The notes beneath the pieces are model-generated. The model worked only from the letters and a program-made list of their open reading frames with translations, was not told where the DNA came from and ran no database searches. Both the position numbers and the translations under genes were made by a program. A stretch of DNA of 64,000 nucleotides from Phoronis australis (lineage: Eukaryota > Animalia > Phoronida): positions 62,001-126,000 of the forward strand of contig NMRA01000518.1 of NCBI GenBank assembly GCA_002633005.1, given 5' to 3'. Position 1 is the stretch's first letter. Every line of letters starts with the position of its first letter. Below, in pieces: positions 27,863 through 41,329 of the stretch.

Positions 27863-28856
27863 GTAAAGTTTGGAAGAAATAAAAGGTTGAAAAGATTCAA
27901 TTTTATTTTTAGTACCCGTGAGTATGGGCTTCTCTTGAAAATCGTTTTGGAAGGTCAGGGAACAACACTGATATTCACATAGTTGATGTTATAGATTTCT
28001 ATAGTGTTGACAGAAATTGTCCTGTTATTTTGCAGAAAGGAAGTGCCAAAATAGTCTTTTTTGCATTTTCAATGGCTGATTTCTTTGTTGCAAATAAATG
28101 GAAACTTTATCAAGTGTTGTTTTACGATATCTACATACTGAAGCCATGCAAATAAAATAAACTAAAATGTTCTTAGTCGTAACTTTTTTGGAGAAAGTTG
28201 ACAAAATGGAGTGTTACTTGTGAACCATATTGTGTGCTAAATAAATGAAGAATTTTTAAAAGTGTTCAAATAATACATGGCTTAGTGACTAAATTCTAGA
28301 TTGTGTGGATGTGGTACACTTGAGTTGGGACTTTGTTCATTGTTGTAAAAATTTGGTACACTAGAAACGCTTTAACACAATATCTCTAGGGCCCACCATT
28401 ATGATGTCTTTTTGCTTTTCAGAACATTTGTGTTTTCCTACATTTTGATTATTCGATTTGTAGTTTCGTCTCGCAGTTTGCCTTGTAGTCTTGTATCTGG
28501 TGTGACAACGTCTTTGATGAGAATGAGAACAATGAAGTAGTGTTAACATGATTGAACTGCTTGTCTGTATGCAATTAACGGTGACAATTGTCATGAAATA
28601 TAGCCTGGGAATGCACGTAGATTAGCATGTGGATTTGTGATTGTTGAATGTTACTTTATTAAGTAAGAAACTATACTCTGGGTTAGAACTGGACACTTTT
28701 AATGCCTATTTAGTTACTAGACGTTATTTGATGAGAGTTATTGCCTCCGCCAGGTAATCTTGAATGGCATTTGTTTTGTTTGTGCATTGACTTATGAATT
28801 GGATACCAGTTTCACCCGGCCTTGAAAAATTGCAATCAGATGTGAAGATCATGACT

Positions 28857-28860
<4 letters not shown>

Positions 28861-28896
<36 letters not shown>

Positions 28897-28902
28897 TGTG
28901 TG
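28861..28902. repeat. (TG)n microsatellite
   Basis: About 21 TG units with one interruption. Confidence 0.97.
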
Positions 28903-29400
28903 CGCGCATGCGTGTGAAATTTCTGGTCAAAACCCAATAGAATTTGAGCACAACAGATTATTAGCTGATGTTATGACACCAATTGATAAGGGGGGCCATA
29001 AAGCTCACTAGATCATAAAGGGAATCTGTGACCACACACAACTTCACTTTTATAAATGTTTCAAGAAAATCTTCCCTGCAGGCTAGTCTTAGGGATAATG
29101 GCCAAATGGGAGCTTGTGTATGGCATGACTGGGTTTTGCTGTATTTCATGGACTACTGTCTTTGCACTAGATACCTTGGTCCTTCCTTCAGTGCTCCAAC
29201 CTGGAAAATTTTCTTTACGACCCAAGTTGGTCATGTTTTGAGCTATTTTATCTACTAGATGTATGATATATAACAATACATAGTGTTATAGGAGAGTCAC
29301 TATGTCTTGGCGGAACTACGTTCTTCTATTGCCAAAGCCTACATCCTTGTTGCTGACTTGTTTTTGCTCGTAACTGAGCGCGGAGTTATTTATTTTTCAG

Positions 29401-29601
29401 GTACTTTTGTAGCTCCAGCTAAGTGCTCTTTGCCCAAGGTATCTGGACCCTGCAAGGGGGAGTTTAAGAGGTATTTCTTCAATTCCGCTGCGCAGAAATG
29501 TGAGGAGTTTACGTTCGGTGGATGCGGAGGAAATGAAAACCAATTCAGGTCATTAGACGAGTGCCAGACTGTCTGCACAGGTGTCACAACAAAACATACT
29601 G
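29401..29601 (+). CDS. Kunitz exon K8 (P1 Lys)
   Basis: CSLPKVSGPCKGEFKRYFFN..FTFGGCGGNENQF; tttcag|GT and ACTG|GTAGGT. Alternative in-frame acceptors at 29413 and 29419. Confidence 0.9.
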
Positions 29602-31760
29602 GTAGGTGCAGTTATGTTTAGAGTAAAAGTGAACTTAAACAACCCATTTATGAAAATGGTTATTTCACTGCGAACCAAAACTCGCAGTTCTTGAACTGTC
29701 TAAATTTTTAATAGTTCTGTCATTCCTAAAACTGTATATTTTTCAAACTCTTGTTCATAAGAGAAATGTAGCACTTAGTGATTGAAAACTGCACCTGACT
29801 ATTAAAGGAGCATGCCACCCAAAAACAACCTAATTTGCATCAATTTACATCGAGTAGTTCTACTCCATAATGACACGTACGGTTGCGTTACCGGACACCT
29901 AACGGCAGACGGAGGTGTTGAAATTATCCAATGACGTCATCGGTTTCACATGCAGTTTGTTCAGCAGTTCACAGCACGGGTTACTGGTGTCAGCTTATCG
30001 CTTGAAGTCATTGTTTAACACCAATAAATCATCAAACTTCGATGTAAAACCCTTAAAAATACACAGAGTTCTTATAAAAACGTGCTGTTTTATTTCGCTC
30101 TTACGGATTTATCGGTATTTGGACACACTGTAGCCTACAAAGTTCGGCAGGCCAATAAGGTCCGTAGCAGGAGTTTGGAGTCTATTCGGAGATAATTCCG
30201 AAGTAGCTACAGTCAGATGTTTTGAGATATTATGTCTGTTCAAAACAATGTGAGGGCCTTAAAAATGAAAACATCTGAATTATGGCATTTATTTAACAAA
30301 AGCAACAAACTGATAATTTGCTGTTTGTCTTGTTACTTATGACTATGGTGCGAGATAAAGGTGTTGCGTAATGAAAATGCCTGGGGCAAGGTAGACTAAT
30401 CTTAACTGTGATAATGACATCAGTGTTGTCCATGAGTGTATGGTTGAACCAAAATGGTAGCACTTTTAGGAACACCTTAAATACCGTGTTGATTTGATGA
30501 ACGTAAATACTTGGGATCTTCTAGTTTTTAATAAAGTAAGATACTTTAAATTGTCCACAAGTCGGATGTGCGCTAAATGCGAGTACCGCTGAAAACTCAA
30601 CGCAAGTTTATATTTTTGTTAAAACAAAATAGTTATTGTGAAAAAGGTATTCTTTTTAGCCAAAAAACTGCTTGGAAACTTTTAAACCATGTAGGCAAGA
30701 GTCCTTTTCACCCATTTTTGATTTTAAAACAATCGTATACAACCTCTCCTAGAACTTTGTTAGCTGTTTCAGTCACTACTTCAAATTAACACTTCAATAT
30801 TTTTAAGAGTTGTACTGTTACCTTGAATTTTTATTATCTGGTATATAAATATTTCTTCTTTGTTACTCCGTTGTTGTTCAGTTTCATAATGTTGTCATGT
30901 ATGTTGTCATGTATGCTGTCATGCATGTTGTACTATGTGTTACCTTGCTTTTAGGCTTTTAGCTTTTTCATTTCACTTCATTTGCATAATCCCAACCTTG
31001 TTAATGAGCAAATGGTACATGTCTGTATTAAAAGGGCTAAACCAATATGAATGAAGGTTTAAGGAGCTGTTCATATGGACAACACAGCCAGTCATTTGCA
31101 TATTGCGATAAATAGCAGTCATTTGCTCGGACTCCTATAAATTCAGCACTAGGCAGACAAGTGTGAATTTGACTATGTGTTTCTGTTTTACATTAAAGTA
31201 CCAGCAATTCGTGTTTCAAAAAGTATTGAGCTCCTGGAAATAGTCTCTAGGATCCGACACACTGTGGTACTTCATTCTTGATCACAATGAATGATAATGA
31301 AATTGTGGCTAAATTATGCGACTGAAAAGGAAAAGCAACAATAATTGATGTTTACTGTAATGAAATTACTGATATCAGGTTAACTTGGAGAAATATTTTT
31401 CCCATTCCCGTGGTGTGTATTTACTCTCCATGCACCAATAGAATCTGACTCCAGTGGCCTAGCAAGTCGCGCATCTTATTTCAGCATTCACCTCCATTGA
31501 ACTAACAGATGAGATACATGACTGTGTTCAATAGCATGTAAGACAATGTGTTCCTTTAGTGTAAGTGAATGCTGAACTCTTTTGGTGCATCGGAAGTGAA
31601 GACGCATCTGTTGTAAAGCAATTAACGAGCAAAAATCTTTCCCCAAGATTACCATGTGTTGTATTTTGTTAAAGGTAATACAAAAAACGGATCGTTTCTT
31701 GTTCGTTCAATGTTTCCCTTCAAATGTGTCTGCATGCTCAGTGTCCCTGTACTGTTACAG

Positions 31761-31925
31761 GTGTGTGTAACCTGCCTGTTGCTACAGGACCCTGCTATGC
31801 TTACTTCCCGAGTTGGTTCTATGACCCTGCAAGGGGCATCTGTAAGAAGTTTATTTACGGTGGCTGTGATGGCAATGCAAACCGATTCCGCACGATGCAC
31901 GAGTGCGAGAAACGCTGCGCAAAAG
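31761..31925 (+). CDS. Kunitz exon K9 (P1 Tyr)
   Basis: CNLPVATGPCYAYFPSWFYD..FIYGGCDGNANRF; ttacag|GT and AAAG|GTGCAT. Confidence 0.9.
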
Positions 31926-32200
31926 GTGCATGTACCCCACTGACATGTTTCGTCTGTGATTTTTAAAATGCTAATTAGACATTAATACTTTTAATTGCTG
32001 TTATGTTGTTCCTGTGTTCTTTCTGATACATTCCCCGTGCATGTATTTCAGTTTTAGTTTGTAGGGTGTAACCGATTGTATTTAAGTGAAGACTCAGCAT
32101 GTTGCGTATTATTTTTAGCTTTTATGTTCTTAGCTTTTTCAGTTTAAAACAGTTTCTTGACTAAATAAAATCCTATTTAATACTGATGTGTTTCTTTCAG

Positions 32201-32230
32201 AACCAACCACAGAACCGTCAACTACACCAG
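32201..32230 (+). CDS. Micro-exon A, 30 nt (EPTTEPSTTP)
   Basis: tttctttcag acceptor and CAG|GTAGAA donor, phase 1-1. Confidence 0.75.
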
Positions 32231-32496
32231 GTAGAATTGCTTCTTTTGATATATTGTGCACATTTCTGTAAGAAACTGAATTCGGCTTCGACTCCACAAC
32301 TCAATGACTTGTAAATAATTATAAATTTGGTTTGCTAATTTTTAATTGAAATGACTATTGAAATTGAACTTCTCGTTACATTTTCATATGTGTAAAGACT
32401 ATTTCTTTTTATTTTAAGTCTTTGTGTACTTGTGATTTCTTTCTTTATGTAATGCAGTTGTGCGGCTGTAAACATTAACGGAATTTAGTAGCTAAC

Positions 32497-32759
32497 ATTC
32501 ACTTACTACGAACTTTTTTGATATGGATGATTGAAGCGTCTTCTTCAACAAATGGATTATGCATGTCATGTTGACCCTTGTTCCTTGTTGACCCTAACAA
32601 GAGTCCACAAGATGCACATAATCCCTTCAATGAATGGATTATGCACATCTTGTTTACCCTTGTTAACAAGACGCGCATAATCCATTTGAGGTCAACAAGA
32701 TGCACTTGAGGGTGGAAACGTTGAAATCATCCACAACAAAAAGTTTGTAGTAAGTGAAT
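32497..32759. mobile_element. MITE/foldback element, inverted ends of about 40 nt with internal inverted repeats
   Basis: attcacttactacgaactttttt..ggatgatt pairs with aatcatcc..aaaaagtttgtagtaagtgaat. Internal aatggattatgc pairs with gcataatccatt. Confidence 0.7.
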
Positions 32760-32825
32760 TTAACCTGCTCAACATCGCCACGAACTATGAAAAACCTACT
32801 TTACCGCATGATCCATTTCTTTCAG

Positions 32826-32855
32826 AACCAAGTCGTCAGCCATCAACTACATCAG
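32826..32855 (+). CDS. Micro-exon B, 30 nt (EPSRQPSTTS)
   Basis: Same flanks as A (tttctttcag and gtagaatt), so a paralogous copy. Confidence 0.75.
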
Positions 32856-33098
32856 GTAGAATTCCACATCTCTTTTTAAAATTTAAATTCAGTGTTGTCA
32901 GATACAGGTTATAACTTGTACTTGATTTCAGTTTTGATGTCTGTTGTGTAAGTGACTACTCTATAAATAATGAGTAATTATTTTAATGATGAGCCTGTTA
33001 CATAGGTTTGTTAGGAAATTGTCACCTGAAAGTCTCCATGTCTTAACCTTCCACATGTCGTTATATCTCTGTTAATGCAACTCTGCTTTTTTTTCTAG

Positions 33099-33128
33099 TT
33101 GTAACACGGGCATCTACAGCTAGTACAG
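33099..33128 (+). CDS. Micro-exon C, 30 nt (VVTRASTAST)
   Basis: ttttttttctag acceptor and CAG|GTAAGC donor, phase 1-1. Confidence 0.75.
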
Positions 33129-34014
33129 GTAAGCCTAGACTGTGTGTTTTGTAGTGTTGGTAACGAGAAATGGGTTTACAGTGGCAGAGTGTATTTCAAT
33201 CTTAATCGTAGAGTCTTGTGAAAATCGTATTGCTGCCTGACAGTTGCCATATGTGAGGGGTTGTAACTCTTCTGAACTTTAGAAGAGTCTTATGTGATGT
33301 ATTCAGTCAGAATTGTCAGAGAAGACGTTCGAAAAACATGTCTGGTTTCTTCAAGTTAAACACTATTCATGTTGCAGAAACGGTTATCTAAAAAACTGTT
33401 ATGACGTTTGTTAGCTCACATGCTAAAATATTCTAGGTCCGTGTACACAGTATACTCGTCTAGCACACAAGGCTTGAACTGGCTTTGGACACAAAGCAGT
33501 CTTTACAATTACATAACAATGAAACACTAGGCATGCAGTATAGCAGACCTAGGCCTACATATACAGGCAAGCAGAAAGCACTTAACGTAGACTACTGCGA
33601 ATAGGAATTCCTACTAAAGTTACTGCCCAGACGTTTTCTGCCCAGACTCAGCATTGTATTTACATGTTCATGCAGTAAGAACCAAAATTCTTATGCCCAC
33701 TACGAATAAACGTTGAAGCCAAATCTGTTGCACAATACTGTGATTAGTTAGACTACAACAGGAAGATAATTATACACAACCAATAAACAATTACCTGCGA
33801 CTTTAGGTAAATAGCTATTGCAATGCAATGGAGAAAAGGCTCTAACACTTATGTACAATAACCCCGGTGGACACAACGTGATACAAACAAACAATTCTAC
33901 ATTAAAAAGAATTATATTTTGAACTTTGAAGAATTGGGGTGTATTCTATTCTTTGTTCGTGTTAAGCGCTCGCTTGACATGCCTACCTTGATGAGGCTCT
34001 GTTCTGTTCCCCAG

Positions 34015-34185
34015 ATGTTTGTAGTTTACCACCTGATGCTGGGACTTGCTCCGCCCGCTTGTCAATCAAGTGGTACTTCAACCGAGATACTGGTATTTGC
34101 CAGCGGTTCCGTTTCAGTGGCTGTGGTGGCAACCGTAATCGTTTTGACTCCCAGCAAACGTGTGAGGCCGCATGCCGTCTTAAAG
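34015..34185 (+). CDS. Kunitz exon K10 (P1 Ser, Arg-rich)
   Basis: CSLPPDAGTCSARLSIKWYFN..CQRFRFSGCGGNRNRF; cccag|AT and AAAG|GTAATT. Confidence 0.92.
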
Positions 34186-34887
34186 GTAATTACGCAGTTA
34201 GCAAATGTATGTCACATTGTAACTTGAAAAACCTCCAGTTTGAAATGTTTAACACAATAACCAGTTTTCAGAGCAATAAAGTTTCTTGACTACCCTCTAT
34301 TTACTGCTAATATTTACCTGATTTCCATCAGTATAACATCGATAAAACGAAAACGATTAAATCTCACCAATTTTAGACTAAAAAATTGCCAAAAATTACC
34401 TTTTCTCATTTTTATCTGTTTCTAATATTGTTGTGTAAGCTTGCATTTTTCAATACGTAGTCAGGTAGGCAAAGTATTTATTTGGTGCCAATCCTGGTCT
34501 TTTGTGAAAACAATTAAAAATGCAATTTTGCTTATTCACCAAATTGAATTCTGGATTGATGAGATTTTAGCATTTTTAATGACAGTTTGTTGTTTTCTTA
34601 AAAGTGCTGTGTCTGAAAACATTCACCGCTGCTGCAGTGTTCCTCAGTCGTTTTGTTGCGTTTGCTTTCTGATAAACTAACTGTGTGATTGTAAACACTG
34701 TAGATTCACTACTCTTCTTCTTTTTGCTTTGTTTCCACTTGAGACAAGCTTCTTACTGGCCATAGTTAGATCATGTGTTGCTTAACTGTGCGGTTTTGTT
34801 TATGAGCTTGCTTTTCCATGTACTCTCAAACCTAGTAGGCCATTTTTGTACTTGTCCTCTAACCAATCATGCTTCCAGGCTTTTCAG

Positions 34888-35897
34888 CAGACCTGATCAA
34901 ACCTACTACTGCACTGCCTGATCAAACGATCATTACAACCACTGATACTAAAAATGACACCAATGGCACCATCTTACCATCTGGTATTGTTAAAACCACC
35001 TTGCCTACTATCAGCACTCCTACCAGTTCCGAGCCTGAAGGAACAACAGATCAGATGGACATTACGACCATTGATACCTACAGTGGCACCAATGGCACCA
35101 TGTCACCCTCTGGTATTGTTAGCACAACCTTGCCTACTATCAGCACTTCTACCAGTTCCGAGCCAACAGGAACAACAGATCAGGTGGACATTGCGACAAC
35201 TGATACCTACATTGGCACCAATGGCACCATCTCACCATCTGGTATTGTTAGCACAACCTTGCCTACTATCAGCACTTCTACCAGTTCTGGGCCAACAGGA
35301 ACAACAGATCAGGTGGACATTGCGACAACTGATACCTACATTGGCACCAATGGCACCATCTCACCATCTGGTATTGTTAGCACAACCTTGCCTACTATCA
35401 GCACTTCTACCAGTTCTGGGCCAACAGGAACAACAGATCAGGTGGACATTGCGACAACTGATACCTACATTGGCACCAATGGCACCATCTCACCATCTGG
35501 TATTGTTAGCACAACCTTGCCTACTATCAGCACTTCTACCAGTTCTGGGCCAACAGGAACAACAGATCAGGTGGACATTGCGACAACTGATACCTACATT
35601 GGNGTTCCAAGCCAGAAGTAACAACAGATCAGGTGGACATTGCGACAACTGATACCTACAGTGGCATCAATGGCACCGTCTCACCATCTGGTATTGCTAG
35701 CACAACCTTGCCTGCTATCAGCACTTCTACCAGTTCCGAGCCAGAAGGAACAACAGATCAGATGGACATTGCGACCACTGATAACTACAGTGGTACCAAT
35801 GGCACCATCTCACCCTCTGGTATTGTTAGCACTACTGCATTTCTTACCAGCACTGCACTAAGTGTGTCTCTTACATCAGTGCCCACACAGGTTGTTG
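34888..35897 (+). CDS. Thr/Ser mucin exon built from a 129-nt (43-aa) repeat, about 7 copies, N join at 35603
   Basis: NAGNAG acceptor ttttcagcag and donor GTTG|GTGAGT. Unit TTDQVDIATTDTYIGTNGTISPSGIVSTTLPTISTSTSSGPTG. Confidence 0.85.
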
Positions 35898-37120
35898 GTG
35901 AGTTCTTAGCTTTGCTTTACTTTAATTTGCTTTGCTTTGCTTTATTAGTTAGAGTCGTTACATTCCTGTTATGTCTGTAGCGCCTGCTAAATGTTTCACT
36001 GCACATTATTGTTAAGTTCTGTTCTCACCGTGTTCTCAGTTTTCTTTCGCTTCAACAATGAGTTCGCTTCTCTGTTGCTGCTTTTCACTTCTTCCTTAAT
36101 GATTTCTGTTTTGTCTTGTTGCTGTCTATCTTCATGATTTCACTTATAGACTGAAAGCACTGAACTCTTAAAATATTTTTCAGACTCTGGCAAAGATCCA
36201 TCAGGATTGGGTACGTTTCACACATTATAGTTACAGTCACATTTGTTGTTCGACATTTGTAACGGCTTTCATATGTCATGAATGTACCGTATACATGTAT
36301 GGTAAAACTAGGGTATCTTTTTACTAAGGCGCCTTTTGTTTGCTTTTATTTCACGCTTATTCACTTGATTTTGCACTTCAAATGTTTTCCTTGTGTTGCT
36401 TACACCAGGTTTGGCATGTGTGGAGTAACTTGCACTGGGTTTACTGCTTTAGTCGACAAAAACTTTGAGAAATTATTCTGTGTTGCCTACTTTTGGACCA
36501 TTTACATATCTTGACTACATAATGGATAGCTTGAAGCTTCATTCTGTTAAATAATAGGCCAATAGGTGCGATGACCGGTCTCAATTTGTTTGTAGTTTAA
36601 AAGTGGCATCTAGGGTTGGAAAGAAGTGACTGGTGGTTAGTGCTTGATACCATGCTTGGCACATATAATGACCAACTATGACAAGCCAACTTGTTGAGCC
36701 TGGTCTGCTAAAGCTCTTCTCCCTAATTTGAGCTAGGAAGTACTTGAGACCAATTTCATAACCGTAAGTGGTCCAAATCAAAATTAATTTTTTCAACAAA
36801 GGTGATGTTTATAGCAGCTGTGAAAAGTTAATGAATCACAGTTAAGGCACAAAGCTTGCAATGATAGTATTGACAAAAGGAGGGACATTTTGAATGTCGT
36901 GCTCGCCATGAAGTTGTTTAGCATACTATGAACGATTACTATGCGTGAAGCTATTTATGTCTGAAATATATTTGCACGAGGCATATACCAACTTCTTATG
37001 AAGAATTTTTCTGATGCAAATTTTCTATCAGTATTACCATTCAGTACAAGTTGCTCCTTGCATCCCTGCCTTATTCTCTCACACTCCTCTAACTATGCCA
37101 AATTGCACTAATCTCACTAG

Positions 37121-37288
37121 CTGTCTGCATACTACCACGTGACCCTGGCCCGTGCCCCAATAGACTGCCAGCTTGGCACTATGATCACACCATTGGCCGT
37201 TGTAAATACTTTGAGTACGGTGGATGTTTGGGAAACCGCAATCGCTTCCGCACTAGGGGGCAATGCGAGTTGGCGTGCCCGGTCAAGG
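37121..37288 (+). CDS. Kunitz exon K11 (P1 Pro), absent from ORF track
   Basis: Hand translation AVCILPRDPGPCPNRLPAWHYDHTIGRCKYFEYGGCLGNRNRFRTRGQCELACPVK; actag|CT and AAGG|GTGAGT. Confidence 0.92.
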
Positions 37289-38345
37289 GTGAGTGGGTTG
37301 TGAAATGTGTTTCTTCATCAACTTTCTTTAATTCTGTTTATTAAATGTAAAGCTTTGATTACTCAGCAATATTTTTGTATTTGCTTTTAACAAAATTTCT
37401 TACCGCTGCTTTAAGCCACATGCTACTATTTAGCCACGCCCAAATTGCTTAAATTGCTCTCCTCAATTTAAATTTAAGCAAGGAAAGCAGTTATAGAAGC
37501 AGTTATTTGTTAAGAATTGCTTCTGCAGTTAAAATGTCTCTCCATTCAAACTTACTCTATAAGCAGTCATTGAACCACTGGCCACTGTGCAGTCATGAAA
37601 ATTTAAGACTGCTCCTTCAATGAAATTACAAAAATGAAAAAGTCTTCTGTATCATAAAAGGATTACATGATTGTGGCGGATATGGCTCTTAATTTGGTGT
37701 GGACTTGATTTAAGTTTTCTTTTCCTTCAATAACATTATTTCTTCACGTTTTGCTTTGGATAATAAAAAGCTTTGATATCATGGTAATTCTTCACCTCTT
37801 TAGCACACAATAGGCAGACACGTAGAATGTTATTTTTGAAATTTCTCAATGGAAATAAAGATTAAGAAAATTTTAGTCTGTTATTGACTGGGTTTCTATT
37901 GGGCAGGTGTCATGAAACAACATGTGGTAAAATTTACGCTATACTCAGTAAGGTAATCAGCATTTTAAGAAACTAAAAATTACAATTTTGCTTGTGACAG
38001 TGCAAATGAGTTTAGAATTACCATAACTTTAGTCTTGCCTGCCGTTGCACTATAATTACAAAACACCTTGTGTATTTAACTTCAACAAGGGGGTTGCAGC
38101 ATAATATCGCCCCAGCTTAACAGTTCAACAAAAAAACAAAGAAATAGAATAGTGGCATATTTCATTAGTGCCGAGCGTAATGTGTGCAGATATGAAGAAA
38201 GAAATCAGCTCTGAATAGTTGGCACAAGGCCAAATTGTGAGATAATCTTCCGGTTGTTTACTACTGCAATGTTGGAGTTGAATACACAAGACCTTCACTA
38301 TGCTTCGCTGCTTTCATGCACTACCACTGACACCTTTCTCTGCAG

Positions 38346-38801
38346 AGATTTGCACACTGCCTCCCGCTTCTGGTCTGGTTTGTGGCCCTGATGCCATAAG
38401 TACTGTAGCTTGGTTCTATGACTACAGGCTGAGCCAGTGTCTGCACTTCCAGTATTCCGGTTGCAAAGGAAATGCCAATCGTTTCCCAGCCAAGGCTAAC
38501 TGCGTCAGAACATGCATCGACCCACTGGCACCCCTTCATGACATTCATTGGACTGGCAAAATAATTGATGATAGTCTTGATGATATTCTTGACCCTGTGG
38601 ATGAGTCCACCACAGAAGGGGTGCCAGAAACCACAGTTTCTGATACTAGTCTGGTTCCTCAGTCGACTACTCCTCTACCTGTATCAACTACTACAATGCC
38701 TCTATCAACTACTACAGTTTCTGTATCATCATCTACTGAGGTTCCCATATCAACTACTACCTCTGTTGCATTGCCCACAACTGCTAGTGGGTTACAGTTT
38801 G
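38346..38801 (+). CDS. Atypical Kunitz exon K12 plus acidic/Thr stalk
   Basis: CTLPPASGLVCGPDAISTVAWFYD..FQYSGCKGNANRF; tgcag|AG and TTTG|GTAAGT. Confidence 0.9.
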
Positions 38802-39621
38802 GTAAGTGGTCATAGGTTACTTTGAACCGTCCGCCTGATCTTTTATATTCTCAGAAAAACAAGCACAAAATACAAAGAAGAGAGAAACAACATGTAGCAG
38901 AGTTCTGAATTTTGAAAAATTTGCACCACAATTAAAGTTAACGCTAAATCTTTGAGATGGCTCATTCACAGCAAGGACTCTTCATGGTATAAACCCAAGT
39001 TTATGTCGACATTCGCCCAATGTTTTAACCTGCAATCTTAAACAGAAGTGCCTGTGTCTCATCCGTCAGCAATTTCCAATGCACAATCTTGTCTTGTCAA
39101 ATGCTAGTGAGACTTGGTGAGGTACTTCTTAATATTCATTGAATTTTGGTCTTAATTTCTTGTTCCCTGGAAACCAGGTTCTCTCAAACTTGACCTTAAG
39201 AAATACATTGGTTTGCATATCACGAAAGATTCAAAGGTATCGTTGGGAGTCTGTTCTTAGTCCAAAACTGTGTTGAATGAACCATGTAATCAATCTCTCC
39301 ATTGGTTTTCAAAGCTATTATGTTTACTGCCATTCTGCCTTCTGTTATTGTTTCTTACCGCATTGAAGCCTCACTAACTTAGGTTTTAGTTACGATTTCA
39401 AAGCACTGCACTATTCACTGCTTTTATTACTTTATTATTTTCAACCTTGACTTAAACTTTTCATTTCCTGTGCGCTTTTAAAATGTTCATTTTAATTATT
39501 GAGAGGATAGATTGGATAGAGATACCTTTAGAGCATTCTGTGTACTTGCTGATCCTCAACCCAGTGAAGCTTAGAAATTTCGTGATGTCGGAAACATATA
39601 ATTATGATTTTATATTTACAG

Positions 39622-39651
39622 AGAAAAAGGAGGATGAAGTGACAGGATTAG
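39622..39651 (+). CDS. Micro-exon D, 30 nt (EKKEDEVTGL)
   Basis: tttacag acceptor and TAG|GTAATT donor. Confidence 0.75.
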
Positions 39652-39872
39652 GTAATTTATATTGTGTGATTTTGCATTTATTCTTCATAAAGGAAAGCTA
39701 ATAATATGTAATAATTAAAATTGTGCGATGTAAATGAATATCAATGGCGATTTTTCTTTTTAAGTCAATTTTTATCATGCTTGACAGTCTGTAAATACAT
39801 GCAATGTAAGGTCGTTTGTTTACTGTTTTATTAAAAATTCTATACCATAAATTTCTTGTTCGATCATTTTAG

Positions 39873-40040
39873 CCATCTGTGCCCTGCCCAAGGTTGTTGG
39901 CCCATGCATTGCTGATATTCCATCTTGGTTTTACGACCAGGCCACTGGGTCTTGTCAACCATTTGGATATGGTGGTTGTCAAGGAAACGAGAACCGCTTT
40001 GGTAGCAAGAAAGAGTGCGAGGCCGCATGTCCTCTGTCAG
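39873..40040 (+). CDS. Kunitz exon K13 (P1 Ile)
   Basis: Hand translation ICALPKVVGPCIADIPSWFYDQATGSCQPFGYGGCQGNENRF; ttttag|CC and TCAG|GTAAGT. Confidence 0.93.
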
Positions 40041-40900
40041 GTAAGTAAGCAGCTCCACCAGGACATTTTTACAGGTACACAATGATTTATGTACTAATGT
40101 TTGACATTTATCTGTATCAAACTTTCATATTTATCCGTATCAAATTATGCTTTCAAGGAAAAGTAAACTTTGTCCAATTTCTAAATCATTCTGTTAATAA
40201 TAGTTTTTGTGCTTTTCTTTCTGAGTTTTCTCCTCAGTTAAAGTTGTTGGACCGGATGTTGGCGAATAAGACTTTCAAAGTTCGAACTTGTACGTTTAAC
40301 ACATCTTAATAAATATCTTTGATCTGATTAAAAAAAATCCCTAAAGCCTATTGTCTTTTTGCATTTATTTACCTAATAATAATTGCTGGAAGTTAAGCCA
40401 GTGTCCCCCCAGAAAAGTTTGATACATTGGCAATCGAATGCCGATGACCTCAAAATGTGTGTGGAAATTTTTAAGCATTGTTAAAACCTGTGAAATCTTA
40501 GAGTCTAATTTCAGTTCCAAACAATTCAAAACCAATCAAAAATCACGTAAAAAGCTAGGCTTCTGCAACTTGAATATGAATTCAAACTGGGACTGGCTGA
40601 ATTTGCTCAATTTTCAAGACTTGCCTGATTTTGCTCATTTCAAGCATGTGCTGTATTTGCATTTTTATTTTCTCTTCACCTATTCATTTTGATATAATTT
40701 GATACATTCTTCTTTCTGGATGGAGTTTGCTTCATGGTGTTTCTGCTGCTAATTTTCACATTCTGATGTTCACTGCTTTTGTTTTGCACTGCTTCACAAT
40801 ATGCTTTATCCACTTTGGGTTTCACATTTTCAACTTTCACATTTCATGTTGCTTCACATTCTCCTTCCTGCACTGAACTAATGCTTGCTTGTCCGTACAG

Positions 40901-41329
40901 CTGTGTGCTTGCTCAAATACGACTATGGAAACTGCAACAACAGGGTGCTGCTCTGGTACTACGAGCCGCGCATCAACCGATGTCGACGTTTCCTCTACTC
41001 TGGCTGTGGAGGCAATGCCAACAGCTTCCCAAACCAGAGAAGCTGTGATGACTCGTGCACAGCATATTTTAACAAACTTGAGATGACCACACAGGCAGTA
41101 GAGCTGACCACAGAAACTGTTCCGGATAGGACCACTACTGTATTGGAATTGACAACAGCGACTAGTGTTTCTCCTGGTGACAAACTGGGCTTGATTAAAG
41201 TTCTAGCCACTACAGCTAGTCCTGCTGAGAGCACGCTTAGCACTGGCCAGAGCACCAGTGCAAGTTCTTCAACACCTGCACAAGTTGTCACTTCTGCACA
41301 AACTGCACAACTGACCTCTAGTGGCCCTG
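40901..41329 (+). CDS. Basic atypical Kunitz exon K14 plus Thr stalk
   Basis: CLLKYDYGNCNNRVLLWYYEPRINRCRRFLYSGCGGN; tacag|CT and CCTG|GTATGT. Confidence 0.9.

Noticed and set aside
15630-30940. Short intronic tandem repeats near 15630-15790, 24320-24395 and 30890-30935
   Set aside because: Ordinary slippage repeats with no further structure.
587-35603. Frame breaks suggesting a pseudogene or programmed frameshift
   Set aside because: All coincide with single-N joins in repeats, some with duplicated overlaps, so they are assembly artefacts.
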